Positions 18,025 to 26,279 of a stretch of 32,000 bases of DNA are shown piece by piece. The notes below the pieces were generated by a model, which was not told the origin of the DNA, did no database searches, and saw only the letters and a list, made by a program, of their open reading frames with translations. How positions within the stretch are numbered: the stretch's first letter is position 1; each line of letters begins with the position of its first letter. The stretch comes from Microcystis aeruginosa NIES-843 (GTDB lineage Bacteria; Cyanobacteriota; Cyanobacteriia; Cyanobacteriales; Microcystaceae). The position numbers were made by a program, and so were the translations under genes. The stretch covers positions 4,950,001 through 4,982,000 of the forward strand of contig NC_010296.1 of NCBI RefSeq assembly GCF_000010625.1, written 5' to 3'.

Positions 18025-18981
18025 GTGGAGATTACTTTTTTAGGAACCAGTTCTGGGGTTCCCACTCGTTCCCGTAATGTCTCTAGTATCGCCCTTCGTT
18101 TGCCGCAACGGGCGGAAATATGGCTGTTTGACTGTGGAGAAGGAACTCAACACCAGTTACTGCGTAGCGACCTGAAAAGTTCCCAAATCCGACGCATTTT
18201 TATCACCCATATGCACGGGGATCATATCTTTGGTTTAATGGGATTGTTAGCCAGTATCGGATTAGCCGGTTCTGCTCAGGATATTGACATCTACGGACCC
18301 CCCGGACTAGGGGACTATCTGCGTGCTTGTGCTAAGTATTCCTATACTAATTTAGCCAATCGGGTGCGTGTCCATGCCATTTCCCCTGGCATACTCTACG
18401 AAGATGAAGAATTTACCGTCTCCTGTCAGCTATTAAAACATCGTATTCCCGCCCACGGTTATCGCATCGCCGAAAAAGACCGTCCTGGACGTTTTGATGT
18501 GGAAAAAGCCAACGCTTTAGGTATTCCCCCCGGACCAATTTACGGCAAGCTGAAAAAAGGGGAAACTGTCACCCTTCCCGATGGCAGCAAAATTCGCGGT
18601 CAGTCCCTCTGCGGAGAAACGGAAATCGGCCGTAAAATTGCCTATTGTACCGATACTATTTTCTGTGAAGGTTCGATCGAATTGGCACAGAATGCAGATG
18701 TGCTAATTCATGAGGCGACTTTTGCACACCAAGATGCCGGGTTAGCCTTTGAAAGTGTTCACTCCACTTCGACGATGGCAGCCCAAGTGGCCTTGGCAGC
18801 CCAGGTAAAATTGTTATTAATGACCCATTTTAGTCCCCGTTATCTACCGGGTAATTCTCTGGATATTTCCAATCTGTTAGAGGAAGCGCGGGCGATTTTT
18901 CCTAACACTAAATTAGCCTACGATTTCCTCACCTACGAAGTCCCCCGCAACCGTCAAGAAATGGCCTTAGGAGTTAAATAA
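18025..18981 (+). CDS. rnz: Ribonuclease Z (tRNA 3' endonuclease, metallo-beta-lactamase fold)
   Basis: GTG start. The N-terminus is MEITFLGTSSGVPT. The HxHxDH motif (THMHGDHIFG) and a C-terminal HFSPRY motif are present. The product is 318 aa. Confidence 0.9.
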   Translation: MEITFLGTSSGVPTRSRNVSSIALRLPQRAEIWLFDCGEGTQHQLLRSDLKSSQIRRIFITHMHGDHIFGLMGLLASIGLAGSAQDIDIYGPPGLGDYLRACAKYSYTNLANRVRVHAISPGILYEDEEFTVSCQLLKHRIPAHGYRIAEKDRPGRFDVEKANALGIPPGPIYGKLKKGETVTLPDGSKIRGQSLCGETEIGRKIAYCTDTIFCEGSIELAQNADVLIHEATFAHQDAGLAFESVHSTSTMAAQVALAAQVKLLLMTHFSPRYLPGNSLDISNLLEEARAIFPNTKLAYDFLTYEVPRNRQEMALGVK

Positions 18982-18983
18982 TT

Positions 18984-21900
18984 ATGCCAGCAGCAGTAGA
19001 AGAAAAAAGCATGGTTCCCACGGTTTTAGTGGGTATTGGTGGCACGGGTAACGAAATTTTATCGCGATTGCGTCGCTTAATCGAGGAAAGTTATGGCAGT
19101 TTGAGCAATTTTCCGATTGTCAGTTTTTTGGTGGTTGACACGGATAAGGATTATAAAATCAGTAATCCTGAAGCTGCCGGCAGTGCTTTTAAAGATAACG
19201 AGAAACACTGGTCCCGGGTGAGTGGAAAACAGGTACAGGAGATGGTATCTGACATGGATAGATATCCCTGGATTAATAGTTGGTTTCCCCCGGAATTAGA
19301 GAGAAATATTACTTCCCTGGAAGCGGGAGCGGGACAAATTCGCGCCTGTGGCCGTTTTGCTTTATTTTGTAATTATCATGAGATCCAAAGGAAATTTCTG
19401 GACGCGGTGAGACGGGTAAAAGGACAAGAAAACTTTATGCTTGATCGCTATGGAATTAAAGTTAATAATACTGCTATTAATGTCTTTACTACGGGGTCTT
19501 TAAACGGTGGTACGGGTAGCGGAATGTTAATCGATATAGGCTACTGTATCCGTAATTGGTTGCGAGGGGAAAGTAGTCCTTTGAGTACGGCAATTGTTCC
19601 CACTCCTGAAGCATTTGCGGGGATTAGTGTCGGCGATCGAGTTTTGGCTAATGGTTACGCTGCCTTGATGGAATTAAATTACTTTTCTGACTACAGAACC
19701 GAATATCATCAACAGTTTAGCAGCGGTTTAGTCGATGAAGTTGTTAGTAAATTACCCCCCTTTGATTTTACCTATTTAGTGGGGACAAAAAACGGCGAAG
19801 GTGATTTTAAACTCGGTCAAATTCGGGAAATGATCGCCCAAAATATCTTCCTAGATATGACCTCTGATTTTGCACCCCATAAGCGTTCCATTAGAGATAA
19901 TATTAAGGGTTCTTGGGCGCAAGCTGACCCTGGGGGTCGCGGTTATCCTAAGCAATTTATGAGTTTTGGGCTATCAACTATTGAAATTCCTATTGCCCAA
20001 ATTCGGGCCTCTTTATCGGAACGTTTAGCCAAAGATTTAATTAATTGGTGGCTGAATGATTCCGTGATTTTACCCGCTCAAATGTTGGACTTAGTAAGAG
20101 GTGATATCCTCAAAAGAATGCGCTTGAGCGAAGTGGAATTAATTATGGATTTATGTGCCGACAAGGATCGCTCTTTAATTGCCATAATCTCCCAATGGAC
20201 TAACGAAACTCGTCAGGAAATCAATCAAGATAATTGGCTATCCTGTACCAAACAGGGTGTTAATATTTTAGGTAATGAACAGGGAAAAATCCTGCAATTT
20301 ATTAATGATTATTTAACGCCAAGAGTCGAGGAATTTAAACGCAATCATTTACTAGAATTAAGTCCCGATGAACGGCTGCACGGCGATTACCTGAAAAAGA
20401 TTTATAGTAACCGGGATGAAATTATTCAACGGGGTAAAAAGTCCCTAGAAATGGAGTTTTATAATATCCTTGAAGATCGAAACCGTGGAGTAAAATTTGC
20501 CGAGAGTTTTATTGTTTCAGTACGACAAATCTTCACCGACATAGCAGAAAAATTCCGTCGCGATCAAGAACAGGTTTGGAGTCAAAACGAAAGTAAACGT
20601 CAACGAGAATATGATACAGCCTTAGCAGAAATTAATGATCTGAAAGATAAAATTCATATCTCGAAAAAAGATAAGATGGAAGAATATTGTGAACAAGCTT
20701 TAACGGGATTGGAAGGTCATTTAATGGCCAATATTCAACGAAAAACCAGAGGTGCAGGAGTAGAGGTTATTAATCGTTTACTGGAACATCTCAATCAATT
20801 AGAAAGCCGTTTTAATCGCTTTCGTCAGAAATTAATTCAAAGTCGCAATCTATTTAATCTCCAAGCTAATCAACAGATCGATAGTGCCGATGCTTTGTTG
20901 ATTAATGGGATTAAATTATTTGACAGACAAGAATTAAATGGTCTTTATCAAGACTTTATCGAACAATTTGCCTCCGGGATTGTCGGCAGCAAAAATGCCT
21001 ACGATACAGGTATGGATAACCTTTGTTTACCCCTCTCAGAAGAGATTTTAAAGCAATCTAGCCCCCTCTGGAAAGAAACGCGCCGCGCCGATGAAAATAT
21101 GCGTTTATTTGACATCACCGAGATTGCCGATATTCGTCAAGGAGATTTTCAACAAGTTATCCTAAATCAAGCTAATCAACTCCTACAAAATGCTCCCGCT
21201 AGTAGTCAAATTCAGCAGGAATTAGCAGCTTGTGATCGCTTGTTAAAAATTTATAACAACGATGCCGAGATTATCAATAATCTTCGCATTGCCTACCAAA
21301 AATCGCGACCCCTAATTATGCTTAATCCTGCGGTTTTGCGGGGAAAAGATGCTGGTTTTACGCCCCAATTAAATCAAAATGTTGCCCTGATTGGAGGAAG
21401 AAATACCAGTAACCCAGCAGCCCAAAAAATTATTCCGAAACTGCGGGAATTTATTGCAAACGAAGACGATATTAAACCCTTGGGAGACGTGGAAAAACAT
21501 CGTCTTGTCTTCGTGCAGGAAATTGGCGGTTTTTCCCTACGCTGTCTCGAGGGAATGAGAGAGTTGCGGCAATCCTATCAAGACTGGAAAGGAGAATTTA
21601 TTCTCGCTAAACGCGCTCAACAAATGGGTGAAAATCGCGATTTACCCATCCCCGTGCATATCCAAAAGGAACCTCCTTTCTGGGATGTTTTTCCCGAAGA
21701 TCCGAGTATTTATCAATTGGTGGTGACTGCCCGGGCTTTAAAAGTGCTTTTTCCAGAAGTCAATCGAGTCACTAATGAGAAAACAATTCGCTATGAAATT
21801 AAAACCGCAACGGGATTAAAAAAAGTCGATATCGCCACCAGTTGGGAAGATGCGGTACAGGTGTTAGAAGTAAAAGCTTGTCGCGAAGATAAGGAAAAAA

Positions 21901-22220
21901 TTCAAAGTCAGGTGACAGCTAAGTTACAGGCTGCAGCCACCCCCGAGAAAAAACAAGCTTTGTATCGGACTTTCATTGAATATTTACAACAACGTTCCGA
22001 GGAGTTGACAGGAGGAAAAGATAGTACAGAATATAAACGGGAAGATGCAATTATTTTGCAGTTAATCGATAACTATAAGTTGGATAGCGGTGGAGAAATT
22101 CCTCTTTCTTCGGTGACGGAAGTGGTTAACCCAGCTTTAATTATCTGCGGTAATTGTGGACACAAAAACCCGCCCTCGTCTAATTTTTGTTCTAAGTGTG
22201 GGGCAAAATTAGTTAAGTAG
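18984..22220 (+). CDS. Large tubulin/FtsZ-superfamily (tubulin-like) GTPase-domain protein with a helical middle region and C-terminal zinc ribbon
   Basis: VLVGIGGTGN (aa 14-23, T1 loop), GAGQIRACG (aa 115-123, compare tubulin T3 GAGNNWAKG) and GSLNGGTGSG (aa 171-180, compare the tubulin signature GGGTGSG). The C-terminal zinc ribbon is C1055-x2-C-x10-C-x2-C1072. GGAG lies about 11 nt upstream of the ATG, which sits 2 nt after the rnz stop. Confidence 0.8.
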   Translation: MPAAVEEKSMVPTVLVGIGGTGNEILSRLRRLIEESYGSLSNFPIVSFLVVDTDKDYKISNPEAAGSAFKDNEKHWSRVSGKQVQEMVSDMDRYPWINSWFPPELERNITSLEAGAGQIRACGRFALFCNYHEIQRKFLDAVRRVKGQENFMLDRYGIKVNNTAINVFTTGSLNGGTGSGMLIDIGYCIRNWLRGESSPLSTAIVPTPEAFAGISVGDRVLANGYAALMELNYFSDYRTEYHQQFSSGLVDEVVSKLPPFDFTYLVGTKNGEGDFKLGQIREMIAQNIFLDMTSDFAPHKRSIRDNIKGSWAQADPGGRGYPKQFMSFGLSTIEIPIAQIRASLSERLAKDLINWWLNDSVILPAQMLDLVRGDILKRMRLSEVELIMDLCADKDRSLIAIISQWTNETRQEINQDNWLSCTKQGVNILGNEQGKILQFINDYLTPRVEEFKRNHLLELSPDERLHGDYLKKIYSNRDEIIQRGKKSLEMEFYNILEDRNRGVKFAESFIVSVRQIFTDIAEKFRRDQEQVWSQNESKRQREYDTALAEINDLKDKIHISKKDKMEEYCEQALTGLEGHLMANIQRKTRGAGVEVINRLLEHLNQLESRFNRFRQKLIQSRNLFNLQANQQIDSADALLINGIKLFDRQELNGLYQDFIEQFASGIVGSKNAYDTGMDNLCLPLSEEILKQSSPLWKETRRADENMRLFDITEIADIRQGDFQQVILNQANQLLQNAPASSQIQQELAACDRLLKIYNNDAEIINNLRIAYQKSRPLIMLNPAVLRGKDAGFTPQLNQNVALIGGRNTSNPAAQKIIPKLREFIANEDDIKPLGDVEKHRLVFVQEIGGFSLRCLEGMRELRQSYQDWKGEFILAKRAQQMGENRDLPIPVHIQKEPPFWDVFPEDPSIYQLVVTARALKVLFPEVNRVTNEKTIRYEIKTATGLKKVDIATSWEDAVQVLEVKACREDKEKIQSQVTAKLQAAATPEKKQALYRTFIEYLQQRSEELTGGKDSTEYKREDAIILQLIDNYKLDSGGEIPLSSVTEVVNPALIICGNCGHKNPPSSNFCSKCGAKLVK

Positions 22221-22239
22221 AAATATAGATTTTGGGTTT

Positions 22240-22454
22240 GATCCCCCCTGCCCCCCTTGATAAGGGAGGTGCCGATAGGCGGGGGGATCTACCTTGATAA
22301 GGGGGGTGCCGATAGGCGGGGGGATCTACCTTGATAAGGGGGGTGCCGATAGGCGGGGGGATCCGCCTTGATAAGGGGGGTGCCGATAGGCGGGGGGATC
22401 CGCCTTGATAAGGGGGGTGCCGATAGGCGGGGGGATCCGCCTTGATAAGGGGGG
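22240..22454 (+). repeat. 37-bp spacerless tandem repeat, ~5.8 copies (GGGGGGATCYRCCTTGATAAGGGGGGTGCCGATAGGC)
   Basis: Full units lie at 22281-22317, 22318-22354, 22355-22391 and 22392-22428, with partial units at both ends. The first two full units carry TA and the last two carry CG at the variable dinucleotide. Each unit contains a CCTT-GATA-AGG hairpin core flanked by G6 runs. Confidence 0.95.
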
Positions 22455-22660
22455 AATCTGACAATTTTTAACACCTACCTAATTTAACAGATAATTTGGG
22501 GGTGTTAGCTGGACTAACATCCCCCACAATGAAAATTTTCGGGAAAAATTGCCTAATAGCGAAAAAACTGGATTATAATAAGGTCTTTACTCAAGATTTT
22601 TGCTAACCGCTAACTGCCATAAAACCCAATCAAGACCCCTGTTTATCGAGAGAAAAACCA

Positions 22661-23587
22661 ATGGTAGCCACTTTAAAAGGACGAGATGTTTTAAGAATAA
22701 CCGACATGAGTAGCGAAGAAATCAGCGCCCTACTCAATCTATCGGCACAGCTTAAAGCTGGCACTCTTAACCCTAGCTGCAAAAAAGTCTTAGGATTGCT
22801 ATTTTATAAAGCTTCCACCAGGACCAGGGTTTCCTTTACCGTCGCCATGTACCAGTTAGGGGGACAGGTGATCGATCTTAATCCCAGTGTAACCCAAGTG
22901 GGGCGCGGGGAGCCCTTAGCCGATACAGCCCGGGTACTCGATCGCTATCTCGATATTCTCGCGGTTCGCACCTTTAAACAAGAGGATTTAGAAGCTTTTG
23001 CCAATTACTCGCGCATCCCGATTATCAACGCTTTAACGGATTTAGAACATCCCTGCCAGATATTAGCCGATTTACAGACTATCCAAGAGACTTTTCAGAC
23101 TTTACGGGGAATTAACCTCACCTATGTGGGGGATGGTAATAATGTCGCTAATTCTCTCCTCTTGGGGGGCGCTTTGATGGGGTTAAATGTGCGAGTTGCC
23201 TCCCCCGCAAACTATCAACCAGATGGGGAAATTGTCGCCAGCGCCAAGGCTATTGGCGAGAAAACTGGTAGTAAAATCTTAATTACCGACGATCCCGTTA
23301 CCGCAGTAAAAGACTCTCAGGTGGTCTATACTGATGTCTGGGCAAGTATGGGACAAGAAAGCCTCGCTGATGCCCGAATTCCCATTTTTCAGCCCTACCA
23401 AGTCAACGAACAGCTAATGAGTCACGCTGACAAAGACGCGATTATTCTCCATTGTTTACCTGCTCACCGGGGCGAAGAAATTACCGACGGGGCGATCGAG
23501 GGTGTACAATCAAAAGTCTGGGAACAAGCGGAAAATCGGATGCACGCCCAAAAAGCTTTAATGGTGAGTTTATTGGGATTAATCTAG
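22661..23587 (+). CDS. argF: Ornithine carbamoyltransferase
   Basis: STRTR carbamoyl-phosphate motif, HPCQ, DVWASMG, and the HCLPAHRGEE ornithine-binding motif. The product is 308 aa. Confidence 0.95.
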   Translation: MVATLKGRDVLRITDMSSEEISALLNLSAQLKAGTLNPSCKKVLGLLFYKASTRTRVSFTVAMYQLGGQVIDLNPSVTQVGRGEPLADTARVLDRYLDILAVRTFKQEDLEAFANYSRIPIINALTDLEHPCQILADLQTIQETFQTLRGINLTYVGDGNNVANSLLLGGALMGLNVRVASPANYQPDGEIVASAKAIGEKTGSKILITDDPVTAVKDSQVVYTDVWASMGQESLADARIPIFQPYQVNEQLMSHADKDAIILHCLPAHRGEEITDGAIEGVQSKVWEQAENRMHAQKALMVSLLGLI

Positions 23588-23719
23588 CTGTAGATGCTCA
23601 GTTACCTAAAATAATTATTAAACCCGATCATCAATCATCCTAAGACCTGTCCGACACCAGAAGTTAACGCTAGGATTGATGGTAAGAGCAATAATCAGGG
23701 CAGCCTCCACACAAACTAT

Positions 23720-24145
23720 ATGTCAGACACCTCCGCAGTTAAAAAATATCTCGCCCATTGGTTTCAATTGGGAAAAAAAGTTATTTGTCCCAAAAACCAA
23801 GCTATGCTATTTCCGCTGCCAATTTTCAATGCTGATCGCTATTCGTCGGAGTTTGAAGATTGTTGGCAAAAAATGCTTGATCCTCAAAGTGGCGATTGTT
23901 ACCTAGAAGGTACTCAACAAACTATCCAAGACTTACTTTCCCCTCAATGGGAATTTCACCCCTGCGCTCGTTGTACTATACCCGTACCAATTGAAGTGCT
24001 GGGCCAATCGGGTTTATCCTGTCCCTGCCATGATTTGAGTAATTGGCCCAATTTAGAATTACCCTTACCCCATTTACCTGTCAATAGTCGAGAAAATCTC
24101 GATCGCATCCGGCAAAGATTGCTAAAAAATTCTCACCCACATTAA
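23720..24145 (+). CDS. Hypothetical protein, Cys-rich (possible CxxC...CxCH metal site)
   Basis: 141-aa ORF with coding-like composition. It has C82-x2-C85 and C101-x-C103-H104. I recognise no family. Confidence 0.55.
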   Translation: MSDTSAVKKYLAHWFQLGKKVICPKNQAMLFPLPIFNADRYSSEFEDCWQKMLDPQSGDCYLEGTQQTIQDLLSPQWEFHPCARCTIPVPIEVLGQSGLSCPCHDLSNWPNLELPLPHLPVNSRENLDRIRQRLLKNSHPH

Positions 24146-24196
24146 CCGGACAAAAAGAGACGTTAGGGGTAACGTCTCGAAAAAAGGGTTGAGATT

Positions 24197-24413
24197 TAGG
24201 GTCTGCTGAATAAATCTAAAAACCTTGTTGGATAAGACTTTTAGACTTTTTTTTCCTCAAAAAGTGCCAGCCGTTGCGGGGATCGGGGGGAAAATTCAGG
24301 TACTTTTTCCCTGAAAATTAGGTAATTGACTACCTCAAAATCGGTAAAACCCCACACCCCACACCCCACACCCCACACCCTGCCCCCAGGAAAAGCTTTT
24401 TCAGCAAACCCTA
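24197..24413. mobile_element. MITE-like non-autonomous element, copy B (~217 bp)
   Basis: TIRs are TAGGGTCTGCTGAA...TTCAGCAAACCCTA. It has the same internal order as copy A (aaaaccttgttgg.taagacttttagac ... gaaaattcaggtacttttt.cctgaaaattaggtaatt ... (CCCCACA)4). It fills the gap between orf141 and the malQ stop. Confidence 0.75.
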
Positions 24414-24414
24414 T

Positions 24415-25917
24415 TTAACGATTTCTGCCAAAAAGATTGACTAAATCTCGCAATCTCTCGCTATATTCTCCGGTTAAAGCTTCCTGACGATAGCGCCATG
24501 ACCAATTCCCTTCTGCGACACTGGGGGTATTCATACGCGCATCCGATCCTAAACCTAACACATCCTGTAACGGTACGATCGCCTGATTAGCCACGGAACT
24601 ATAGGCCAGTCGAATCAGATCCCAAGCCACTCCCTGACCACTGGGAGCGCCAAGATATTGATAAAGTCGCGCTTTTTCGTAGTCATTGGCGTTATCTTGA
24701 AACCAGCCCACAGTAGTATTATTATCGTGAGTGCCGGTATAAATCACACAGTTGCGTTCGACGTTGAAAGGAAGATAGGGATTACCCGCATCACCCCCAA
24801 AAGCAAAGTGGAGAATCTTCATCCCGGGGAAGGCAAAGTGATCGCGAAAATCTAAGACTGCTTGGTCAATATCGCCCAAATCTTCGGCAATAATCGGCAA
24901 TTTACCTAAACGAGCGCCAATAGTATTAAAGAGATCATAACCCGGGGCCTTCAGCCAACGACCATTAATAGCGTTTTCCTGGCCAAAAGCCACCGCCCAA
25001 TAGGCTTCTAATCCGCGAAAATGATCGATACGGATAATATCGACTAGGGAAAGAACCGCTTTTAAACGGCGTACCCACCAGTCAAAGCCCGTATTTTTGA
25101 GATAATCCCAGTTATAAAGAGGATTTCCCCATAATTGCCCCGTTTCTGAGAAATAATCCGGGGGAACCCCCGCCACTTCCAAGGGATTACCGGTTTGGGG
25201 ATCTAGTCGGAAAACCTGCGGATTTGCCCAAACATCAGCACTATTATGGGAGACATAAATGGGTATATCACCGATAATCTCGATACCGAGGGAGTTAGCA
25301 TAGCGTTTTAAGGCTAACCACTGCTCAAAAAACTCAAATTGCAGGAATTTGTGCAGAAAAATCTCCTCTTGTAACTCCTGTTTCGGTGTTTCCAACGCTC
25401 CCCAATGACGTTCGCGAATTTCTGTCGGCCATTCCATCCATGTTTTACCCGGGTAAGCGTGGGATAAAGCCATAAATAGGGCGTAATCCTCTAACCAATC
25501 AGCATTGCCAGCACAAAAGCCGGCAAACTGTTTGTAAAGAATTGTGTCAGAACCCTTGACAAAATTGCTCGCCGCCTTTCTAAGTAGGGGAATTTTCCAA
25601 GCGATCAATTTATCAAAATCCACTTGATCGAGGGGAAAATCGGGAATATCCTCTAAATCTGCGTCACTAAGCAGGTTTTTTTCCCGAAGAAGATCGAGAC
25701 TGATCAGGAGATGATTGCCAGCAATGGCACTAAAACTCATGTAGGGAGAGTTACCGTACCCTGTGGGGCCTAAAGGGAGAATTTGCCAGAGTTTTTGACC
25801 ACTTTGAGCCAAAAAATCGATAAATTGATAGGCTTCCCTACCTAGTTCTCCAATCCCGTAACGGCCAGGATGACTGGTGGGATGAAGCAAAATACCGCTA
25901 GAACGGCTAAAAGCCAT
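24415..25917 (-). CDS. malQ: 4-alpha-glucanotransferase (amylomaltase, GH77)
   Basis: The N-terminus reads RSSGILLHPTS.PG.YGIG, followed by SPYMSFSAIAGN, IIRIDHFRG and IIAEDLG catalytic regions. The product is 500 aa. Confidence 0.95.
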   Translation of the reverse strand: MAFSRSSGILLHPTSHPGRYGIGELGREAYQFIDFLAQSGQKLWQILPLGPTGYGNSPYMSFSAIAGNHLLISLDLLREKNLLSDADLEDIPDFPLDQVDFDKLIAWKIPLLRKAASNFVKGSDTILYKQFAGFCAGNADWLEDYALFMALSHAYPGKTWMEWPTEIRERHWGALETPKQELQEEIFLHKFLQFEFFEQWLALKRYANSLGIEIIGDIPIYVSHNSADVWANPQVFRLDPQTGNPLEVAGVPPDYFSETGQLWGNPLYNWDYLKNTGFDWWVRRLKAVLSLVDIIRIDHFRGLEAYWAVAFGQENAINGRWLKAPGYDLFNTIGARLGKLPIIAEDLGDIDQAVLDFRDHFAFPGMKILHFAFGGDAGNPYLPFNVERNCVIYTGTHDNNTTVGWFQDNANDYEKARLYQYLGAPSGQGVAWDLIRLAYSSVANQAIVPLQDVLGLGSDARMNTPSVAEGNWSWRYRQEALTGEYSERLRDLVNLFGRNR

Positions 25918-26279
25918 GAAAAAACCCCCTTATCAGTGATTCGGTTAGCAGTTATTAAGTGTTTAAAGCTGAATGCTCACTGCTATCTCCAAGCTAACCC
26001 GATCTCGATCGATAACGGCAATACTTAACAACTTTATTAGACCTATGGGACAAAATGAGGCATTACAGCCGTACATTAACAGATCGTCTTTCCAGTGAAA
26101 AGGATTCCTTCGGATCACGTTCCACGTTACCCCGGAGGAAAAACCGATCGCTTGTCAGTTATTGTGCCAATGATAGGGGCGCATCGTGGTCAGTGAGTTG
26201 ATCGAACTGCGTGCGCCCAAAATGTAATATAGATATTTCGACCAAATTGAGATGCAGCCGCCGAAAATTCAAGAGCGAT

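Noticed and set aside
22240-22454. Possible CRISPR array (37-bp repeat length)
   Set aside because: The units are directly adjacent with no spacers. No cas genes or leader are nearby.
22213-22474. Two overlapping minus-strand ORFs (83 aa and 61 aa) encoding a proline-rich repeat (PPYQGGSPRLSAPPLSR...)
   Set aside because: They are simply the translation of the 37-bp tandem DNA repeat. The periodicity is 37 nt, not a multiple of 3, so the apparent protein repeat is a frame-cycling artefact.
23452-23906. ORFs 23452-23643 and 23676-23906
   Set aside because: The first overlaps the argF 3' end out of frame. The second overlaps the longer, better-supported orf141 in another frame.
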